Shown: positions 29,462 through 39,771 of the stretch, in pieces
Layout: every line of letters starts with the position of its first letter
Position numbering within the stretch: position 1 is the stretch's first letter
From: an uncultured Rhizobacter sp.
GTDB lineage: Bacteria > Pseudomonadota > Gammaproteobacteria > Burkholderiales > Burkholderiaceae_C
Length of the DNA: 64,000 nt
Assembly (NCBI GenBank): GCA_964493285.1
Contig: CAZBOF010000002.1
Coordinates: forward strand, 6,248 to 70,247
Direction of reading: 5' to 3'
Made by a program: the position numbers and the translations under genes
Notes under the pieces: generated by a model
Databases searched by the model: none
What the model was told of the DNA's origin: nothing
What the model saw: the letters and a program-made list of their open reading frames with translations, nothing else

Positions 29462-30118
29462 ATGAACTTGCACTTGCTGGGCCAATCGCTTGTACGACTT
29501 ACGATCGCCGCCTTGTCGCTGGTGATGACGGGTAACAGCGTGGCGTGCTGGACCGAGGCGGGCGAGAGGTATGGCGTCAACCCCCATGTGCTGCATGCGA
29601 TCGCCAAATGCGAGTCGAGCTTGAATCCCCTGGCGATGAACCGCTCGCACATGGAGCGGACGGGCTCCTACGACATCGGGTTGATGCAGATCAACTCCAC
29701 CAACCTGAAGGCGCTGAAATCCTATGGCATCGGTGAACCCGAACTGATGGATGCGTGCACGAACATCCATGTCGGAGCATGGATTCTCGCGGACAAGATT
29801 CGGCGACATGGAAATAACTGGGAAGCAGTTGGTGCATACAACGCTGCATGCACTCAGCTCAAGGGCGAGGCATGCTCGGCAGCGCGCTACAAGTACGCGA
29901 GTTGCGTGTACCGAAACCTCCCCCCCGAACTGAAAGACGGGGCTGGTTCTTCCGTCGACGCGTCGACGCCCCGTGCCGAGCAGGCCTGGCAATCGCGTCG
30001 CACGGAGTCCGGCGTCCATGGCCTGCATCTGCGTGTCAGCTTGTCTTCGGATGCCGAAGCCGCTACGGAGCCCACCGCACTGGCGCCGCAGCTGATGGAT
30101 GCAGGGGGTGGGCAATGA
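29462..30118 (+). CDS. lytic transglycosylase (SLT; LtgX/VirB1-like)
   Basis: CWTEAGERYGV, AIAKCES, DIGLMQINS, AVGAYN. Confidence 0.92.
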   Translation: MNLHLLGQSLVRLTIAALSLVMTGNSVACWTEAGERYGVNPHVLHAIAKCESSLNPLAMNRSHMERTGSYDIGLMQINSTNLKALKSYGIGEPELMDACTNIHVGAWILADKIRRHGNNWEAVGAYNAACTQLKGEACSAARYKYASCVYRNLPPELKDGAGSSVDASTPRAEQAWQSRRTESGVHGLHLRVSLSSDAEAATEPTALAPQLMDAGGGQ

Positions 30119-30942
30119 AAACGATGCGCTATATCGGGCCTTGCCTCGCGCTGGGAATGCTCAGCGGGTGCATCCAGGTTCCTTTGCAGCCTGCGCGACC
30201 GGCACTCTCCACGCAGCCGGCGCAGATCGCCCAGGTGGGATATGGCCCCTATGCCAGGTACGTGGTGTGCACGTCGGGTGCGTGCGTCGCGCCCACACCC
30301 AAGACGGAGCTTGCGCCTGCACAGGTGGAGGCGGCATTGAGCCTTCAGAAGCCAGAACCGGAAGTCTATCGTCCCCCTGTCGCGCCGGTCACTGAAGCGC
30401 CCGCGCTCAAGCCGGGCGATGCGCCGCGAGCGCAGCCACAGGGGGCTGCTCCCGAGGAACAGGTTCCCGTGTCTTTCAAGAGCGAACCCAGACCTTCGGC
30501 CCTGCCGATGCTGGCCGCCGGCACGAACAATGCGGCGAGCACACCAATTCCCGTGAAGGCTTCCTCCAAGGAGTACATCGCCTTCCCTGTGGGCTCGGCA
30601 CGGCTCACCGCTGAGGCGAAATCGAGACTGGATGCGCTGGTCGTGGACGTCAAACAAGCCAGTCGCGTCGTGGTACGCGGGCGCACGGATGAACGAGGTG
30701 ACGCCGACTCCAACGACCGGCTGGCGCTTCGCCGCGCGATGGCCGTGCACGAGTATTTGCGCCGGCAAGTTCGTGACCCGGGCGTGCGGTTTCAGCTATT
30801 TGCCAAGGGTGCGTGCTGCTACATCGCCTCCAACGAAACGGAAGAAGGTCGCGCGGCCAACCGGCGCGCGGAGATCGAGCTTGTGATGCCGTCGAACGAG
30901 GCCCTTGCCTCCCGCAAGCGTTCATCCGAAGGTACCTCTTAA
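30115..30942 (+). CDS. OmpA-family peptidoglycan-binding lipoprotein (Yag-like)
   Basis: Lipobox LSGC; FPVGSARL, GRTDERG, NDRLALRRA, NRRAEI. Confidence 0.88.
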   Translation: MKTMRYIGPCLALGMLSGCIQVPLQPARPALSTQPAQIAQVGYGPYARYVVCTSGACVAPTPKTELAPAQVEAALSLQKPEPEVYRPPVAPVTEAPALKPGDAPRAQPQGAAPEEQVPVSFKSEPRPSALPMLAAGTNNAASTPIPVKASSKEYIAFPVGSARLTAEAKSRLDALVVDVKQASRVVVRGRTDERGDADSNDRLALRRAMAVHEYLRRQVRDPGVRFQLFAKGACCYIASNETEEGRAANRRAEIELVMPSNEALASRKRSSEGTS

Positions 30943-31220
30943 GCACGGCTGGATCACCAGAGGCACATGGCACCACTTGTGTGCGGCGCATGGCGCTGTG
31001 ACACGGGAGGGATCAGTTGAAAGGAGGGGAGACGGGAAACGGAGATTCGAACCTACTCATCAAACATGGAATGTGCGTGATCTCTCAAACGAGGAAAGGC
31101 TGACAACGCCGGAGACGAGTGAGAGACGCAGTTGTTGTTCGAAGGGCCGTTGACGCACCTGCTGTCATATTTGGAGCCCATCTACTACCAAGTTCTAACT
31201 AGCCATTGACGGAGATAACT

Positions 31221-31568
31221 GTGAACAAACTAAGAAATTTCTCTGCTGCAGTTCGATCGCTCCCCGCGAAGTTCTGCCTGCGAGCGCTTGCGATGACTGC
31301 CGTGCTCATAGGAACCGGCTCCGTATGGGCAGGTGAAACCGAGGTGGGCGAAGGTGACCCCATGTGGGACATTCTGGAGACTCTGAACAACGTCACGCCT
31401 GGCATGAAGGCGATAGCAGCAGCGATCGGATTCATCGTCGCGCTGATCAGCCTGATCGCACTGCGCAGCTTTGCTGCCGTGCTGTTCTTCTTCGGGTTGG
31501 CAGTCTTTGCCGCGGCCGGTCTGAGCGTTGCGACTGCGGTGATCGGTGCGCCCATTGGCCTGATCTGA
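31221..31568 (+). CDS. traA: conjugative pilin TraA
   Basis: Long leader plus two hydrophobic helices, GAPI near the C-terminus; directly upstream of traL; RBS GGAG then GTG. Confidence 0.72.
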   Translation: MNKLRNFSAAVRSLPAKFCLRALAMTAVLIGTGSVWAGETEVGEGDPMWDILETLNNVTPGMKAIAAAIGFIVALISLIALRSFAAVLFFFGLAVFAAAGLSVATAVIGAPIGLI

Positions 31569-31593
31569 CGCGAGTTCAACCACGGAGTTCAGC

Positions 31594-31896
31594 ATGAGCA
31601 TCGACAACACCTACATTCCCCGTCGCCTCGACGACCCGTGGAAGATCGGTCTGTGGGATATCGACGTTGCGATTCCGTGGTTGTTCTGCTTCGGCATTTT
31701 CTACGTGGCCTTGGGCGGCTTCATGGGCATCGTCGGCGGCATTGTCACGGGCACGATCATTGCACGAACGCTGGGGCGGCTGAAGGCCGACAAACACGCG
31801 GCGTTTGCGCTGCATTGGGCCTACTGGAGCCTGCCCAGTGGAATTGTTCATCTGGCGTGCGTTCCGCCCTCACACCACCGGAGGTTGATCGGATGA
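31594..31896 (+). CDS. traL: pilus assembly protein TraL
   Basis: YIPRRLDDP, LHWAYWSLP, PPSH. Confidence 0.92.
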   Translation: MSIDNTYIPRRLDDPWKIGLWDIDVAIPWLFCFGIFYVALGGFMGIVGGIVTGTIIARTLGRLKADKHAAFALHWAYWSLPSGIVHLACVPPSHHRRLIG

Positions 31897-32456
31897 ACCC
31901 CAGCCTCGCCAGCAGTGACCTGAAGCAACTGCGCTACACGGTCAGCCTGCAACGCTACACGATCTTAGGCTTGGCCGCGGCAGTCCTGCTCTGTGTCATT
32001 GGCTTGGTCAGCTCTTCCAACAGGATGCGGGTGGTTCTGATCCCGCCAACCATCGACAAGACGTTCTGGGTCGAGCACAACCAAGTCAGTGCGAGCTACC
32101 TTGAGCAGATGGCCGCATTCATTTCCTACCTGATTCTCGATGTGTCGCCGGGCTCGGTGGATTGGAAGCGCGGGCTGTTGCAGCAGTACGTGACGGAATC
32201 AAGCGCCGGTGAACTGGAGCAGCGACAGGTCGAACAGGCCGCAGAGCTGAAGAAGATCAACGCCACCACCCAGTTCTCGATACAGGGTGTGGAAAGTGAT
32301 TCAAAGCGGATGGCAGTGCGCCTGCGTGGGTCTCTGGCTACTTACATCAATGGGTCGCGAATCAGCGAAGAACGCAAGACCTTCCTGGCGACGTTCGCTT
32401 ACTCGGGCGGGCGCATCCATCTGAGCAAGTTCGAAGAAGTACAGGAGAAGCGGTGA
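31893..32456 (+). CDS. traE: TraE
   Basis: VVLIPPTIDKTFWV, SASYLEQMA, LDVSP. Confidence 0.92.
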   Translation: MNPSLASSDLKQLRYTVSLQRYTILGLAAAVLLCVIGLVSSSNRMRVVLIPPTIDKTFWVEHNQVSASYLEQMAAFISYLILDVSPGSVDWKRGLLQQYVTESSAGELEQRQVEQAAELKKINATTQFSIQGVESDSKRMAVRLRGSLATYINGSRISEERKTFLATFAYSGGRIHLSKFEEVQEKR

Positions 32457-32457
32457 T

Positions 32458-33264
32458 ATGAACGTACTCGAGCCCCGATCTGTCAAGGTGCGGTGTGTTG
32501 CTCTGCTGTTTCTGGGGTTGTTCTCCAGCGCGGCGCTGGCGCTCCAGACCCTCGAAGCGCGCGATGGCGTGTCTGTCGAGGCGGCGATCTCCATCAAGGA
32601 GCCGACGCGCATTCGCATCGAAGGAGCGCCCATCACGGATGTGTTCGGCAACATTCACTCCAGCAACTGCGGCGCGTCCCCGGTGGCGCCTACCAAGGCG
32701 GGGACATCCGCGAGCAACATCAACCCCGCTGGCGAGGTGGTGCTGGAGTGCGACCGCGCCAAGGGCGAGATCTACGTGAAGCCGGTAGGCAAGGCCAGCA
32801 AGCCCATCAACCTGTTCATCTCCAGCGAGTTCGCCACGTACACCCTGTTGCTCCGCCGGGTGGACATGCCTGCCGATACCATTGTGATCCGCGACCGATC
32901 GCAAGCCCATGCGACGGGGCGCCAGGGCGGCGGGCAGGGCCACGCGGCCAATCATCTTCGGCGCATCAAAAGCATGATGGCGTCGATCGTGGAAGACGCG
33001 CTGACGCCAGACATCCGTGTGCAAGACGTTCGCCAAACTATTGAGCTTTGGCAGGAGGCGCGGTTCGTTCTGACGCGTACTTATGAATCCCGAGGCCTGG
33101 TGGGCGAGAAGTATGTTTTAACGAACATTAGCAAGTCGCCCATGGTCCTGGCAGAGCAGGAGTTCGACCGCCCGGGCGCCGGGGTGGTGGCCGTTTCGAT
33201 CGAGAACCTCAATCTGCGCCCCGGTGAAAGCACCGCCGTGTATGTCATCCGGACGGAGGGGTGA
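32458..33264 (+). CDS. traK: F-type secretin-like TraK
   Basis: ISIKEPTRIRIEG, GEIYVKP, PINLFI, TYTLLL, LAEQEF, LRPGESTAVYV. Confidence 0.9.
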   Translation: MNVLEPRSVKVRCVALLFLGLFSSAALALQTLEARDGVSVEAAISIKEPTRIRIEGAPITDVFGNIHSSNCGASPVAPTKAGTSASNINPAGEVVLECDRAKGEIYVKPVGKASKPINLFISSEFATYTLLLRRVDMPADTIVIRDRSQAHATGRQGGGQGHAANHLRRIKSMMASIVEDALTPDIRVQDVRQTIELWQEARFVLTRTYESRGLVGEKYVLTNISKSPMVLAEQEFDRPGAGVVAVSIENLNLRPGESTAVYVIRTEG

Positions 33265-33269
33265 GCACC

Positions 33270-34670
33270 ATGAGCAATCCAAAGTTTGCGCAGATCAAGG
33301 AACGGCTGCTCGGTCGGCTGAGCGTTCAACAGCGTCAATGGTTGCTCATGGGCGGCATTGGTGCGGGGTTCGTGCTGGGAATGTGGGTTCTTTTCTCTTT
33401 CGGCAGCGACGCTCCGAGGAGGGTCGTGAAGGACGACCCCTTCACGATCGCGCCCAAGCCGGCAGAGACGCCCATCATGGCGTCCGGCCAGACGATCAAG
33501 CCGGTTGACAAATGGATCGCTACTGCAGGCAAGGAGGTGGAGGAACTCAAGAAAGATCGCAAGGAGACGGCCACCCGGATGCTTGAGCAGGAGCGTCAGA
33601 ACAAGGCCCTGATGAGCCAGTTTGCGGAGTTGCAGCGCAAGTTGTCGGAGGTTGAGAAGAAGCGTGTGGTGGAAGTTGTCGAGCCGAAGTTGCCGAACCT
33701 GCCGGAGCCCGTCAGTCCGCCGAAGGAGGTAGAACGTCCGACCACCGCGAAGCTGCCTCCACTGCCGCCACCGCCTCGTCCCTCTGCAGGGCAACCCGAT
33801 CTCTCCGCAGGTGTTCTGCCGTCCGGTGTTCCGGGGAGCTTCATGGAGCCGGCTCCGTCAGCCGGCTTGGTGAGGGTGTCGGTGTCTGCGGTGCCTTCGG
33901 TGCCTTCGGTGGGGTCTGCGGGGACGGCTGATTCGAAGAGTGCGCCCAAGTCGATCGAAAACTTTCTGCCCATCTCTTTCACGCGTGCGGTGATGCTGGG
34001 CGGCCTGGATGCGCCGACAGGCGGGCAGTCGCAAGGAAACCCGCATCCGGTTCTGCTGCGCCTCGAAGACAACGCGATGCTTCCCAACCGCTTCCGGGCG
34101 CAAGTCAAGGAGTGCTTCGTCATCGGTGCGGGTTACGGTGACCTCAGCTCCGAACGTGCGTATATCCGCACGGAGCGGCTGTCCTGCGTGCGCAACGATG
34201 GAGTCTCGATCGAAATAAGGATCAAAGGCTCTGTCTTCGGCGAAGACGGGAAAGTGGGCGTGCGTGGCCGCCTGATCTCCAAACAAGGCCAGGTGCTCGC
34301 GAACGCGCTGGCAGCGGGGGTTGCAAGCGGAATCGGCGCGGGGATGCAGGCCAGGTTCTCCGTTCCTAACCAGAATGCTTCGGGGGGGAGCGTGCCCGAT
34401 CCGAACTATGCGTATGAGAACGGTTTCGGACAAGGCGTTGGCAAGGCGATGGACCGCTTGGCGCAGTACTACATCACGCTGGCCGAAAAGATGTTCCCGA
34501 TCATCGAGGTGGACGCCGGCCGCTTGGTCGATGTGGTGTTGACCGAAGGCGTTGATCTGGATGACGCATTGATTGCCAAGACGGGCTCGGCCTCTTCCCG
34601 TGACACGTCCGATGCGCCGCGCTCGCGTGGCGCACAACTTCGAACCATTGGAGCTCACGATGCAGATTGA
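33270..34670 (+). CDS. traB: TraB (VirB10-like)
   Basis: TM, coiled coil, Pro-rich linker, GLDAPTG, GDLSSERAYIR, DGKVGVRG. Confidence 0.93.
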   Translation: MSNPKFAQIKERLLGRLSVQQRQWLLMGGIGAGFVLGMWVLFSFGSDAPRRVVKDDPFTIAPKPAETPIMASGQTIKPVDKWIATAGKEVEELKKDRKETATRMLEQERQNKALMSQFAELQRKLSEVEKKRVVEVVEPKLPNLPEPVSPPKEVERPTTAKLPPLPPPPRPSAGQPDLSAGVLPSGVPGSFMEPAPSAGLVRVSVSAVPSVPSVGSAGTADSKSAPKSIENFLPISFTRAVMLGGLDAPTGGQSQGNPHPVLLRLEDNAMLPNRFRAQVKECFVIGAGYGDLSSERAYIRTERLSCVRNDGVSIEIRIKGSVFGEDGKVGVRGRLISKQGQVLANALAAGVASGIGAGMQARFSVPNQNASGGSVPDPNYAYENGFGQGVGKAMDRLAQYYITLAEKMFPIIEVDAGRLVDVVLTEGVDLDDALIAKTGSASSRDTSDAPRSRGAQLRTIGAHDAD

Positions 34671-35478
34671 ACGACATATTGCAAGAAACCTGCTGCTGGG
34701 CGTGTCTGCCTGGTGCGTGGGCGTGTTGGCGATGGCGTCGGATGACGGGGAGCAGCCGCAGGTGCCCGCTGCCACCACAGCCGCGCCATCAACCGTGCAG
34801 CAAGCCGAAGTGCTCGCGCGCATACACAAGCTGTACCCCGGTACCAAGTTCACGTCGGTGACTGCCACGCCGATTCATGGGCTGTACGAAGTGGTCATGG
34901 GGCAAACCGTGGCTTATGTTGGCACGGAGGGCACCCACTTCGTTTTCGGCCACCTGTTCGACATGCAGCGGCAGCAGGATCTGACCGCGGAGCGAAAAGC
35001 GCTTCTGGGTGGAGATGGCCTCTCCGGCCGGCCCGCCGCGCAAGCGGCCCCTGCCGATCACATCGATCTGGCCGAGTTGCCGCTGCAAGATGCCATCAAA
35101 CAAGTGCGCGGCAATGGAGCGCGCACGCTGGTGGTGTTCTCTGATCCCTTGTGTCCATACTGCCGCAAGCTCGACGACGAACTTGCACGACTGGACAACG
35201 CCACGGTCTACACCTTCCTGATACCGATTCTGGGTGAGCGTTCGCGCCAGGCCGCACAGGAGCAATGGAAAGCCGCGGTGCCCGCACGAGGGGACGACAC
35301 CGAGGTGTTCAACCGGAACCTGACGCTGGCTGGCCGGTACGGCATCACCGGCACACCGACCTTGATTCGCGAGGACGGAGTCCTGGCCGCCGGGGCGCTG
35401 TCGCTTGACCAGCTGAATACCTGGATGAACGCTGCCTCGAAGGTTCAGAAAGCCAGCGCGGGCAACCGCACGCCTTGA
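34660..35478 (+). CDS. dsbC: DsbC-family thiol:disulfide isomerase
   Basis: TPIHGLYEV, FSDPLCPYC, GITGTP. Confidence 0.9.
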   Translation: MQIERHIARNLLLGVSAWCVGVLAMASDDGEQPQVPAATTAAPSTVQQAEVLARIHKLYPGTKFTSVTATPIHGLYEVVMGQTVAYVGTEGTHFVFGHLFDMQRQQDLTAERKALLGGDGLSGRPAAQAAPADHIDLAELPLQDAIKQVRGNGARTLVVFSDPLCPYCRKLDDELARLDNATVYTFLIPILGERSRQAAQEQWKAAVPARGDDTEVFNRNLTLAGRYGITGTPTLIREDGVLAAGALSLDQLNTWMNAASKVQKASAGNRTP

Positions 35479-35496
35479 ATGTCGGAAGGAGCGCAT

Positions 35497-36261
35497 ATGA
35501 ACATCGGTCTCGGTCAAGCCAGCAAGGAAGCGGGGCGGTTCAGGTCAGGATGGATTGCCAGCACCGTACTCGCCTGTGTCGCCTTGAGTGGCTGCTCGAT
35601 CACGGGGTTCGGTGGCGGGTCTTCGCTCAGCTGCGGGCTTCCTGATGGGGTGCGTTGCGACTCCGTCTCGAACACCTATACCCAATCCTCGCGAGGCGAG
35701 CTGCCCGGCCAAACGAAAGGCCTCTTTGGGTCCAAATCCCCGGGGGTCTCGCGCGAGCAGGCGTTGCATGAAGGCACGCGATCACTTGGTGCGCCGGCGG
35801 TCGCAGAGTCTATTGCGCCAGCACTCCATCGGACATCCCCTTCGGCGATGCCGATCCGCTCCCAGGCGCGGGTCCTGCGGGTATGGATCAAGCCGTGGGA
35901 AGACTCGGATGGTGACCTTCATGACCAATCCTTCGTCTATCTGCCGCTGGAAGAAGGGCGCTGGCTGCTGGACCGAAAGCAGCGCGAGATTCGCGAGGCT
36001 TACGCACCCGTACGGCCGTCGAACGCGCTGTCTTCCACGAACGCGCCATCACCGAGAGTTGCTGTGGGCAGCGGTGGCAATGTGGTGTCAACCTCGATGA
36101 CGGTGCAGCCCGGCTCCGCGATCTCAAAGCTGGAGGCACAGCGCGACAGTGGTGACGCGGCCCGGATCGCGGAGACGATCCGCCGCTCTGCCGAGAAAGC
36201 CCGGGCCGACGAGCGGGCCAGCTCGGCGGGTACATCAGCAGGAGCCCCTGGTGGAAAATGA
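35497..36261 (+). CDS. traV: lipoprotein TraV
   Basis: Lipobox LSGC, C..PDGVRCDSV, RVLRVWIKPWEDSDGDLH. Confidence 0.9.
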   Translation: MNIGLGQASKEAGRFRSGWIASTVLACVALSGCSITGFGGGSSLSCGLPDGVRCDSVSNTYTQSSRGELPGQTKGLFGSKSPGVSREQALHEGTRSLGAPAVAESIAPALHRTSPSAMPIRSQARVLRVWIKPWEDSDGDLHDQSFVYLPLEEGRWLLDRKQREIREAYAPVRPSNALSSTNAPSPRVAVGSGGNVVSTSMTVQPGSAISKLEAQRDSGDAARIAETIRRSAEKARADERASSAGTSAGAPGGK

Positions 36262-38839
36262 CACGTCGGGCCACGCCTCAGTAGACGGCGGCAAGCAGAC
36301 CGGCTTCTTTGAACAACTGCTCCAGCGGTTCAAGCATGAAGTGCTAGAGGGGCGGCCGGATCAAATGGCCACCTGGCTGCCCTATTGCTCTTATCTGCCC
36401 GACGAGAAAATCTTCGTCAACACCGAGACACTTGGTTTTGTACTGGAGGTGTTGCCGCAATCGGGCGCGGACGAGCGCATGGTGGAAATCCTGCTGTCCT
36501 TGTTCAGCGCGTGCCCGAAAGGCACGGCAATCCAGATGACGCTGGTCGCTACTCCGTACATCCTGACCACGCTGAAAAAATACGCTGCCCTGAGGCCGGA
36601 CGACGCCGATCTTGAGGCGAAGTCGGTCGAATATGGTCGTACCGCTCGGAGTTCGAACATTTTCCGTTCTCTAGCGAGACGGCGCGCTGATTTCTTTCTT
36701 CGCGGCACGCGGAAATCGATCGCCAAAGGGTCCCACTACAACATCCGCGACTTCCGCCTGATGTTCAGTGTGTGCTTGCCGGGCAGTATCGCGGACATGA
36801 CACGCCGCGACGAACTGATGGCCATGCGCGAGTCCATGGGCACGACGTTGAACGCGGGGGGATATCCCAACCGTTCTTTCGGTGCCAGTGATCTGATTAC
36901 GTGGTGTGCCAATATCGTCAACCCGCATCGCCTCATGACCGCGCGCGCTCCCGCGATCCGGTACGACGACACGGTCGAGTTGCGGGAGCAAATGGTTGAA
37001 CGCGACACCGTCCAGGTGGCGCAGCCAACGGGTTTGCGGTTCTCCACGTCGTCCCAGCCCGATGTCGAAGCGCGGTTCTATTCCATCAAGAATTACCCGG
37101 AAAACTTTGGTCTGTGGGGCATGAATGCGCTGATCGGTGACCTGATGCAGCCGGCGCTCCAGTACCCGTGCGCCTTCTTGATCTCAACCGGTATCGAGAT
37201 CCTCGACCCGGCGGAAACGCGCACGCAGGTGCAAGCCAACCATGCACGAGCGATCCAGAACGCCTCGTCCTCGATGGCCAAAATCATGCCCGACGTCGGA
37301 CGCAAGCTGGGTGACTGGGCGATGGCCGCACAGATTCTTGATGCCGGCGGCCAGCTGGTAGGTCTGTTCCATGAGGTCGGCATCTTCACCTCTCCAGAGA
37401 AGGCCATCGCCACAGAAGAAACCGTGCGTGCCATCTGGCGCGCGCGCGGATTCGAGTTGAACAACGACATGTACATGCATCGGCAGTCGTTGTTGTCGAC
37501 CTTGCCGATGAGCTTGTCGCCCAGCTTCTACAACGACATGAAGCGCATGAAGCGCGTGTCACGCAAGACGATCGCGAATGCGGTTCACATGTCCCCTTTG
37601 ATCGCCGAGTGGGCAGGGACGAAGACCCCGACGCTCATTCTCGGCGGGCGCCGTGGGCAGATCATGGGCATTGATCTGTACGACAACGACCAAGGCAACT
37701 ACAACGCAGCCGTGATCGGAACCTCGGGGTCGGGCAAGTCCGTGTTTCTCAACGAGCTGGCCTGGTCATACCGTGCCTGCAACTCCCAGGTCCGGCTGAT
37801 GGACCTCGGGCGGTCGTTTGAGAAGCTGTGCAACCGTGCGGGCGGCCAGTTCATCGAGTTCAACACGCGATCCAACATCTGTGTCAACCCGTTCTCGGTG
37901 GTGAAGGACATCAACACCGACCTCGCGATGCTCGCCCCGGTCATTGCCAAGATGGCGTCGTTGTCTCGGCCTCTCGAAGAGGTTCAGTACAAGGCGATCA
38001 ATGCGGCGGTGATGCGGCTGTGGAAGCAGTACGGCCCCGAGATGACGATGACCTCCATGCGGGATCTCTTCAAAACCGGATCGCTGCCTGATCTTGAGAT
38101 CCACAACGACTCCCGCCTGCGCGACCTCGCGGTGATGCTCGAACCCTATACCGCCGATGGACAGTACTCCCGATTCTTCAACGGCAAGAGCAACATTGAC
38201 TTCACCAACGACTTCATCGTCATTGAGAACGAAGAACTTAAGCGCGCGCCCGATCTGAACACCGTGGTCAACATGATCCTGCTGTACCAGATCACGCAGG
38301 ACATGTACCTCTCGCGCGAGCGCGGCGACCATCGCAAGAAGATTCTCATGATCGACGAGCTGATGCAGCAACTCGGCGACGGTGGCGGCGACGACGTGGT
38401 CAAGGCGCGGGTCATTGAAGAGGCTGCCCGGCGCGCGCGCAAGTATGGCGGCAGCCTCATCACCGCGACCCAGGGGGCGGACGACTACTACTCGTCCAAG
38501 CAGATGGAAGCGGCATTCCAGTTTTCGGACTGGGTGTTCTTGCTGCGCCAGAAAAGTGAATCCATCGATCTGCTCGACCAGAGAAAGCGGATCGCGATGG
38601 ACGAGCACAAGAAGCGGATCCTCAAATCCTTGCGCACCGAGGCGGGGGCGTTCTCTGAGCTGTATGTGTTCTCGCCCATGGGCGAAGGCGTGGGTCGCCT
38701 GGTTCTCGACCCCTACACCTTGCTGTTGTTCTCTAACAAGGCGGAGGACAACCAGGCCATCGACCGCCGGCGCGCGGCGGGCATGAGCGTCGATGATGCG
38801 ATCACCGACGTGCTGCGCGAACGAGGAGTGCATGTATGA
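36251..38839 (+). CDS. traC: VirB4-like ATPase TraC
   Basis: RBS AGGAG then GTG; GRRGQ, Walker A GTSGSGKS, DLGRSF, IDE, RRARKYGGS..TATQ. Confidence 0.95.
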   Translation: MENDTSGHASVDGGKQTGFFEQLLQRFKHEVLEGRPDQMATWLPYCSYLPDEKIFVNTETLGFVLEVLPQSGADERMVEILLSLFSACPKGTAIQMTLVATPYILTTLKKYAALRPDDADLEAKSVEYGRTARSSNIFRSLARRRADFFLRGTRKSIAKGSHYNIRDFRLMFSVCLPGSIADMTRRDELMAMRESMGTTLNAGGYPNRSFGASDLITWCANIVNPHRLMTARAPAIRYDDTVELREQMVERDTVQVAQPTGLRFSTSSQPDVEARFYSIKNYPENFGLWGMNALIGDLMQPALQYPCAFLISTGIEILDPAETRTQVQANHARAIQNASSSMAKIMPDVGRKLGDWAMAAQILDAGGQLVGLFHEVGIFTSPEKAIATEETVRAIWRARGFELNNDMYMHRQSLLSTLPMSLSPSFYNDMKRMKRVSRKTIANAVHMSPLIAEWAGTKTPTLILGGRRGQIMGIDLYDNDQGNYNAAVIGTSGSGKSVFLNELAWSYRACNSQVRLMDLGRSFEKLCNRAGGQFIEFNTRSNICVNPFSVVKDINTDLAMLAPVIAKMASLSRPLEEVQYKAINAAVMRLWKQYGPEMTMTSMRDLFKTGSLPDLEIHNDSRLRDLAVMLEPYTADGQYSRFFNGKSNIDFTNDFIVIENEELKRAPDLNTVVNMILLYQITQDMYLSRERGDHRKKILMIDELMQQLGDGGGDDVVKARVIEEAARRARKYGGSLITATQGADDYYSSKQMEAAFQFSDWVFLLRQKSESIDLLDQRKRIAMDEHKKRILKSLRTEAGAFSELYVFSPMGEGVGRLVLDPYTLLLFSNKAEDNQAIDRRRAAGMSVDDAITDVLRERGVHV

Positions 38840-39198
38840 ATGCGAAAGCGCTTCTGTCGAATGTCGTCACGAGCGCCTGCGTCTGCAGTGCCATGTTCTT
38901 TGCCCACGATCGCTGGATCGCCGAGCCGGCGCCACGCTTGGGCGTGGTCGACGTGGCGAGTGTCTACCGGCTGAAGGAGAAGCAGCTGGTCGATATGGTG
39001 ACGCCGGCTTCCGCCACCGAAGACGACAGGAAGAAGGCGGCCAGCATTGCCCTGGAATTCGGCAACAACCTTCCGGCGGCGCTGGACGATCTTTCAAGGG
39101 AGTGCGCCTGTCTGGTTCTGGTGAACCATGCCATCGCAGGCGGGGCCAGATCGCTTGCCGATCTGACGCCGGCCTTGTCGAAGCGGCTTGGTCTCTGA
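38836..39198 (+). CDS. small T4SS accessory protein (Ybe/TrbI-like)
   Basis: N-terminal TM, GVVDVASV, C.CLVLV..A, DLT; position after traC. Confidence 0.7.
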   Translation: MNAKALLSNVVTSACVCSAMFFAHDRWIAEPAPRLGVVDVASVYRLKEKQLVDMVTPASATEDDRKKAASIALEFGNNLPAALDDLSRECACLVLVNHAIAGGARSLADLTPALSKRLGL

Positions 39199-39228
39199 TC
39201 AAGCTTCGTTCATGCAAGCGAGAACCTG

Positions 39229-39762
39229 ATGTCGCAAACGCATTCACCGATCGTCCGAACCGCTCGCCGCCTGCGGGCAAGCGTGTCGGAAACGCTCAGG
39301 CACGTCCGCCGCAACGCAGGGCTTTACTTGTTGTTCGCTTTGCTGTGCGTCATGTTGAACCAGTATTTTGCGATGAACTGGACCGACAGTGTCGCCGCAC
39401 GCTTGGCATGGATCGACCGTGGTGTCTTGCCACAGCGCGATGACATGGTGGTTTTTCGCTTCGAGGGCGAGGGGATTGTTGCGAAGCTGAACGGCATGCG
39501 ATTCCTGAAGCATGTGAGAGGCGTTCCGGGCGATCGGGTGAAGGTTGTCGGCCGCACGGTCTATGTGAATGAAATCCAGGTGGGTGAGGCGCTTGAGCGG
39601 ACGCCGAGCGGGAAGGTGTTGGATGCGATTGGGCCATTGGTCATTCCTCCGGGCTTCTACTTCATTGCGGGAGAAACCGTGACTAGCCTGGACTCGCGCT
39701 ATGTACAGGTGGGCCTCGTCCCTGCTCGCCGGATCGAAGGTCGGGCGGTCCCGCTGCTTTAG
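39229..39762 (+). CDS. S26-family pilin-processing peptidase (TrhF-like)
   Basis: NWTDSV (Ser), FLKHVRGVPGD (Lys), SLDSRY. Confidence 0.88.
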   Translation: MSQTHSPIVRTARRLRASVSETLRHVRRNAGLYLLFALLCVMLNQYFAMNWTDSVAARLAWIDRGVLPQRDDMVVFRFEGEGIVAKLNGMRFLKHVRGVPGDRVKVVGRTVYVNEIQVGEALERTPSGKVLDAIGPLVIPPGFYFIAGETVTSLDSRYVQVGLVPARRIEGRAVPLL

Positions 39763-39771
39763 GAAGGATCT

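Noticed and set aside
29146..29652. 168-aa minus-strand ORF as a yaf-like gene upstream of traI
   Set aside because: Overlaps slt on the opposite strand, atypical composition, no recognizable motif.
31031..31056. Minus-strand GGTTCGAAT resembling a tRNA T-loop (possible att remnant)
   Set aside because: Flanking bases do not form a T-stem; no acceptor stem or CCA.
33890..33910. Tandem GGTGCCTTC repeat in traB
   Set aside because: Only two in-frame copies in a low-complexity linker; not a phase-variation tract.
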